DNA of 35,687 nt from Chiloscyllium plagiosum (taxonomy: Eukaryota), in assembly GCF_004010195.1 (NCBI RefSeq), contig NW_025213748.1:1-35687 (forward strand), given 5' to 3'. This document shows, one piece after another, positions 32,531 to 35,687 of the stretch (positions are counted from its first letter, which is position 1; every line of letters begins with the position of its first letter). A program made the position numbers and the translations under genes. Under the pieces are notes generated by a model. The model did not search any database and was not told the origin of the DNA. It saw only the letters and a program-made list of their open reading frames with translations.

Positions 32531-34245
32531 ATTAAATATTTGAAACTAATGATATAAACTTTAAAGCCCAGGCAGGACTGGGAGCCATCAGAGCGCAGGG
32601 ATCACACCACGTGGCCTCAGGTCATTGTTTCCAGAATTTATTGAATAATTTATTTTACACAATTGCCCCTGAAATCTGCATCGCTGTCAATTACACCGAT
32701 GTCAGATACATTCGATTCACTAAAAGTATTTTTTGCACTTCAAACATTGAAATCAGGATCCAATGTGGGGGATAAAAAGGCGAGGTAAGGACGCTAAGGA
32801 TTTCAAATAGTTGATTTTCCATGCCGGTAGGAAGGCAAGATAGCTCCAAAGTTGTATCGTTTCATACCTCGGCCAGTAAAAGACTGGAACATACACAATA
32901 CATTTGTAAAAACTCAATTTGTTTAATCAGTCCACATCATTATGACAGCTCGAAAAGTTTATAATGCTAATCGGTAAAGCAAAGTAGTACAGAGCTAGGA
33001 CCAAATATATTATTCTAGTAAGACTGGAACTATAATAATACGAAACTGCAGAAACTGAATCTATGAAACTGCACCAGAGTACCTGATCGAGGGATCCTCT
33101 TTTTCGTAGCGAGCTGCCTTGTGTATTAGTCTACTCTACACGTTTACTTGGCTAAATAACTCCTTTCTGCCCATTACATCCATTCTCTTCTAAGAGTCAT
33201 TTTGTTCGAAAATGTTGAAAAGTCTGTGTTGTAATATGTAAAGTCAGCCGGAGTACATCGCATGGTATGCCTGCTTAGCACAAAAGGACACTTGCACTCC
33301 GTGCAATGCCAAACTGCTGCATCCTCAGTATTTCTACTTCAGCTCCTCTCTGGAACAGGTGGGCTCAAAAATTCTTTGGAAGAATCATCGAAATTCATTT
33401 TAAAGCTGAAATCAATTCGCAGAGGTAATTATGGTGGAAACACTGCATCACATTTGGGGTCTTCGTACGCAATTAATTATAAAACCTATAAAATTCCTAA
33501 AGATATAGATTAATAGTCAGGTCAAAGTCACAGACGGTTTTGGATGCAAATAAACGAACAAGGTCAAATATTTTCCAAAAGAAACTTTCAGAAAGAATTA
33601 AGGTAACTGATACTTATAACTTGCAACCTGCAAAATTGGGACACGTGCTTTATACTTCAGCTCTTTTGAGTATTACTCCTTTGAACACTTTCCTTCAATG
33701 TTCAGATGTACTTATTTTGTCACCCTCACCAAGATTTTGGATAAACTGAAAATGCATTCCCATGAACAAATAAAAATAATTGTAAGTGTTTGTCACTTGC
33801 TACCCAGCCACAATGTACCATAGGACAGTTAAGAATTTGGACGAAGATATGACATGAAGATTAGATTAACATAAACAGATGTGGTTTAACCACCGGTGAG
33901 TTGTCAAGTTAAAATTTGTGTACTCCAACAAAATCATCCTGAATAGGAAAAATGGATTTTTAAAAAATAAAACACAAACTGCTTATTCAGATTCCCCTTT
34001 TTACTCACCTTGGTCATTGAGTGCAACAACCTCATTGGTAGCCAAACTTTAGGACTGATCATTTGTATTTGTTCCCCTCACTTTCCTCCTCCTCCATCTT
34101 GGCATACCTTGGTTTCAACACACTGTCTCTCACCTCATACCAGACATCAAAATCTAGTTCTCCGACTTTAAAGTGTCAACTAAAAGATTGCAGAGTCGAG
34201 TACTACTGCAGAGCTTGTGCACATTGAAGGAACATTGCACCATTA

Positions 34246-34493
34246 GTGGCACAGTGGCTAGCATCACTGCCAGAGACCTGGGTTTGATTCCACCCTCGGG
34301 TGACTGTGTGGAGTTTGTACACACTCTATGTTGGTGTTGGTCCTCTGAGTGCCGTGGTTTCCTCCCATAGTCCAAAGATGTGGTGAGGTGGATTAGCCAT
34401 GGGAAAGGGAGGGCTATGGCAGTGGGGTGTCCTTCAGAGGGTCAGTATGGACTTGATGGGCCGAATAGCTTGCTTGCACACTAAGGATTCTAT
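34246..34493 (+). mobile_element. Older, degenerate HE1/V-SINE copy
   Basis: GTGGCACAGTGGCTAGCA (A box), GAGACCTGGGTTTGATTCC (B box), TGTGTGGAGTTTG...GGTTTCCTCCCATAGTCCAAAGATGTG and tail GGACTTGATGGGCCGAAT. Alignable by eye with 10033-10340. Confidence 0.88.
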
Positions 34494-34499
34494 CAACAA

Positions 34500-34762
34500 T
34501 GTTGCTATGGGTTGGAGTCACACATAAGCAAGATCAAAAAGGAAGGCAGATTTCCCTCGAGAGAGGGCATTTCTGAACTTGATATCTTCTGATGACAACG
34601 AACAGTAGTTACTTAGTCATTGCTAAGAGAGCTTTTAAAAGTGCAGATTTTAATTAGTTCAAATTTCATCATCCACCATGGTGGGATTAGAATCCTAACC
34701 CCAGAACATTAAAACAGGCTCTTGATTACTAGTTTAGTGGCATTACCACAGTGCCAACATCT
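34500..34762 (-). mobile_element. Second family of shark tRNA-derived SINE, degenerate, tail-to-tail with the HE1 copy
   Basis: Reverse complement GTGGTAATGCCACTAAACTAGTAATCAAGAG...TAATGTTCTGGGG...AATCCCACCATGG...AATTTGAACTAATTAAAATCTG...GGAAATCTGCCTTCC...ATGTGTGACTCCAACCCATAG. Confidence 0.7.
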
Positions 34763-35687
34763 AAGGAGAGCAATAAATAACAACTTTCTCAACTCTGCTA
34801 ACAAAATCAGACTTTATTAAAATTACTGTTTTACAGGAGAAATCAGTGATGTGCTCCAGACATCAAATTGCCATCTTATATTTCTCAATATTAAGCAGGC
34901 AGGGCCAATGCTGCTTTCATCAATTAGTCATGAAACTTTGTTAAGATTACCAAATAAGCAATAGATAATGGTCTTGTTGATTGACCTGTGTAAAGGAGGC
35001 TCAACCTCCATTTCAAATAACTTAAATACTTCACTTTTGCAGCACAAGTTAAATAGTACTGATAGCCAAACTAGCTGATCTTTTCATCATTCAGTGTGAT
35101 AAATTTCATGTTACACTGGACTGTTATACAACTGTTAAATATAGAACAGCTATTATGTAAGTAGAGGACATATCATGCTGTGAAATGAGATTTTTTCAAG
35201 CAAGTTGTCATTGATTTTACTGGAGAATATGGAGGTTTATTTAAATAACCAAATTTGATTTACATTTGTTTGATATAGTTACTTATGGATTGTAATTTAA
35301 AAATATATTTAAAGTGTGATAGCATGATATTTCAACAGGTTGGGTGGCCTTTTTCCTAATGTGACAAACCAATATTTTTAAAAATCATTCAAAATAAGTT
35401 CATGAGGCAAGTAATCTTGCATGCTCCATGTTTGCCTGTGAATCAGAGAATCTGGAGATTTATAAACTGATGTAACAGTAAAACAAAAAATGTCAACTAT
35501 CACTGATGTAAGTATTACTTCTACAGCCAGACTGTATTGCTACAGGCGCAGGTTGCCATATTACAAAGACAGTACTTATACAGTACAGCATAAACCTAAC
35601 AGGTCCAAAGTCATTGCCCTTGCAACAGGTTACACTCAGTGAAAAAGGGACAATGTGCATGGCTACTGGACAAATTTATAAACATTC

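Noticed and set aside
32875..33062. Degenerate direct repeat (AAGACTGGAAC, 140 bp apart)
   Set aside because: Two short diverged copies only; at most an old local duplication.
32600..35687. Coding exons of the expected neighbours (TBCA upstream; WDR41 also sought on the downstream side)
   Set aside because: No recognisable peptide in the ORF track or by eye, although very short exons could have been missed.

Overview
Vertebrate genomic DNA, almost certainly from a cartilaginous fish (shark-type HE1/V-SINE, SacSINE1-like, CR1 and L2 repeats). The only intact protein-coding gene is the PRD-class homeobox gene orthopedia (otp) on the minus strand. It has three coding exons (26450-26486, 25669-26075, 19759-20262) giving a 315-aa protein with a Q50 homeodomain and a C-terminal OAR motif; the 37-nt first exon is missed by the ORF track. 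Positions 1-8168 are a 27-bp G-rich satellite with three assembly gaps, higher-order structure and an inverted block; its long ORFs are by-products of the 9-codon unit. Positions ~8170-13350 hold decayed elements: a Myb/SANT-like (Harbinger-type) relic and a decayed CR1 LINE with several nested insertions. From ~15.2 to ~33.5 kb the sequence is repeat-poor, visibly richer in CpG, and has several blocks resembling conserved non-coding enhancers. I found no clearly novel multi-gene system. The best leads are an overlapping uORF whose stop overlaps the second otp AUG, a long 3'UTR hairpin, a candidate ZNF143-type promoter and non-coding exon downstream of otp, and the satellite inversion. Repeat-family names come from pattern recognition, not database searches.
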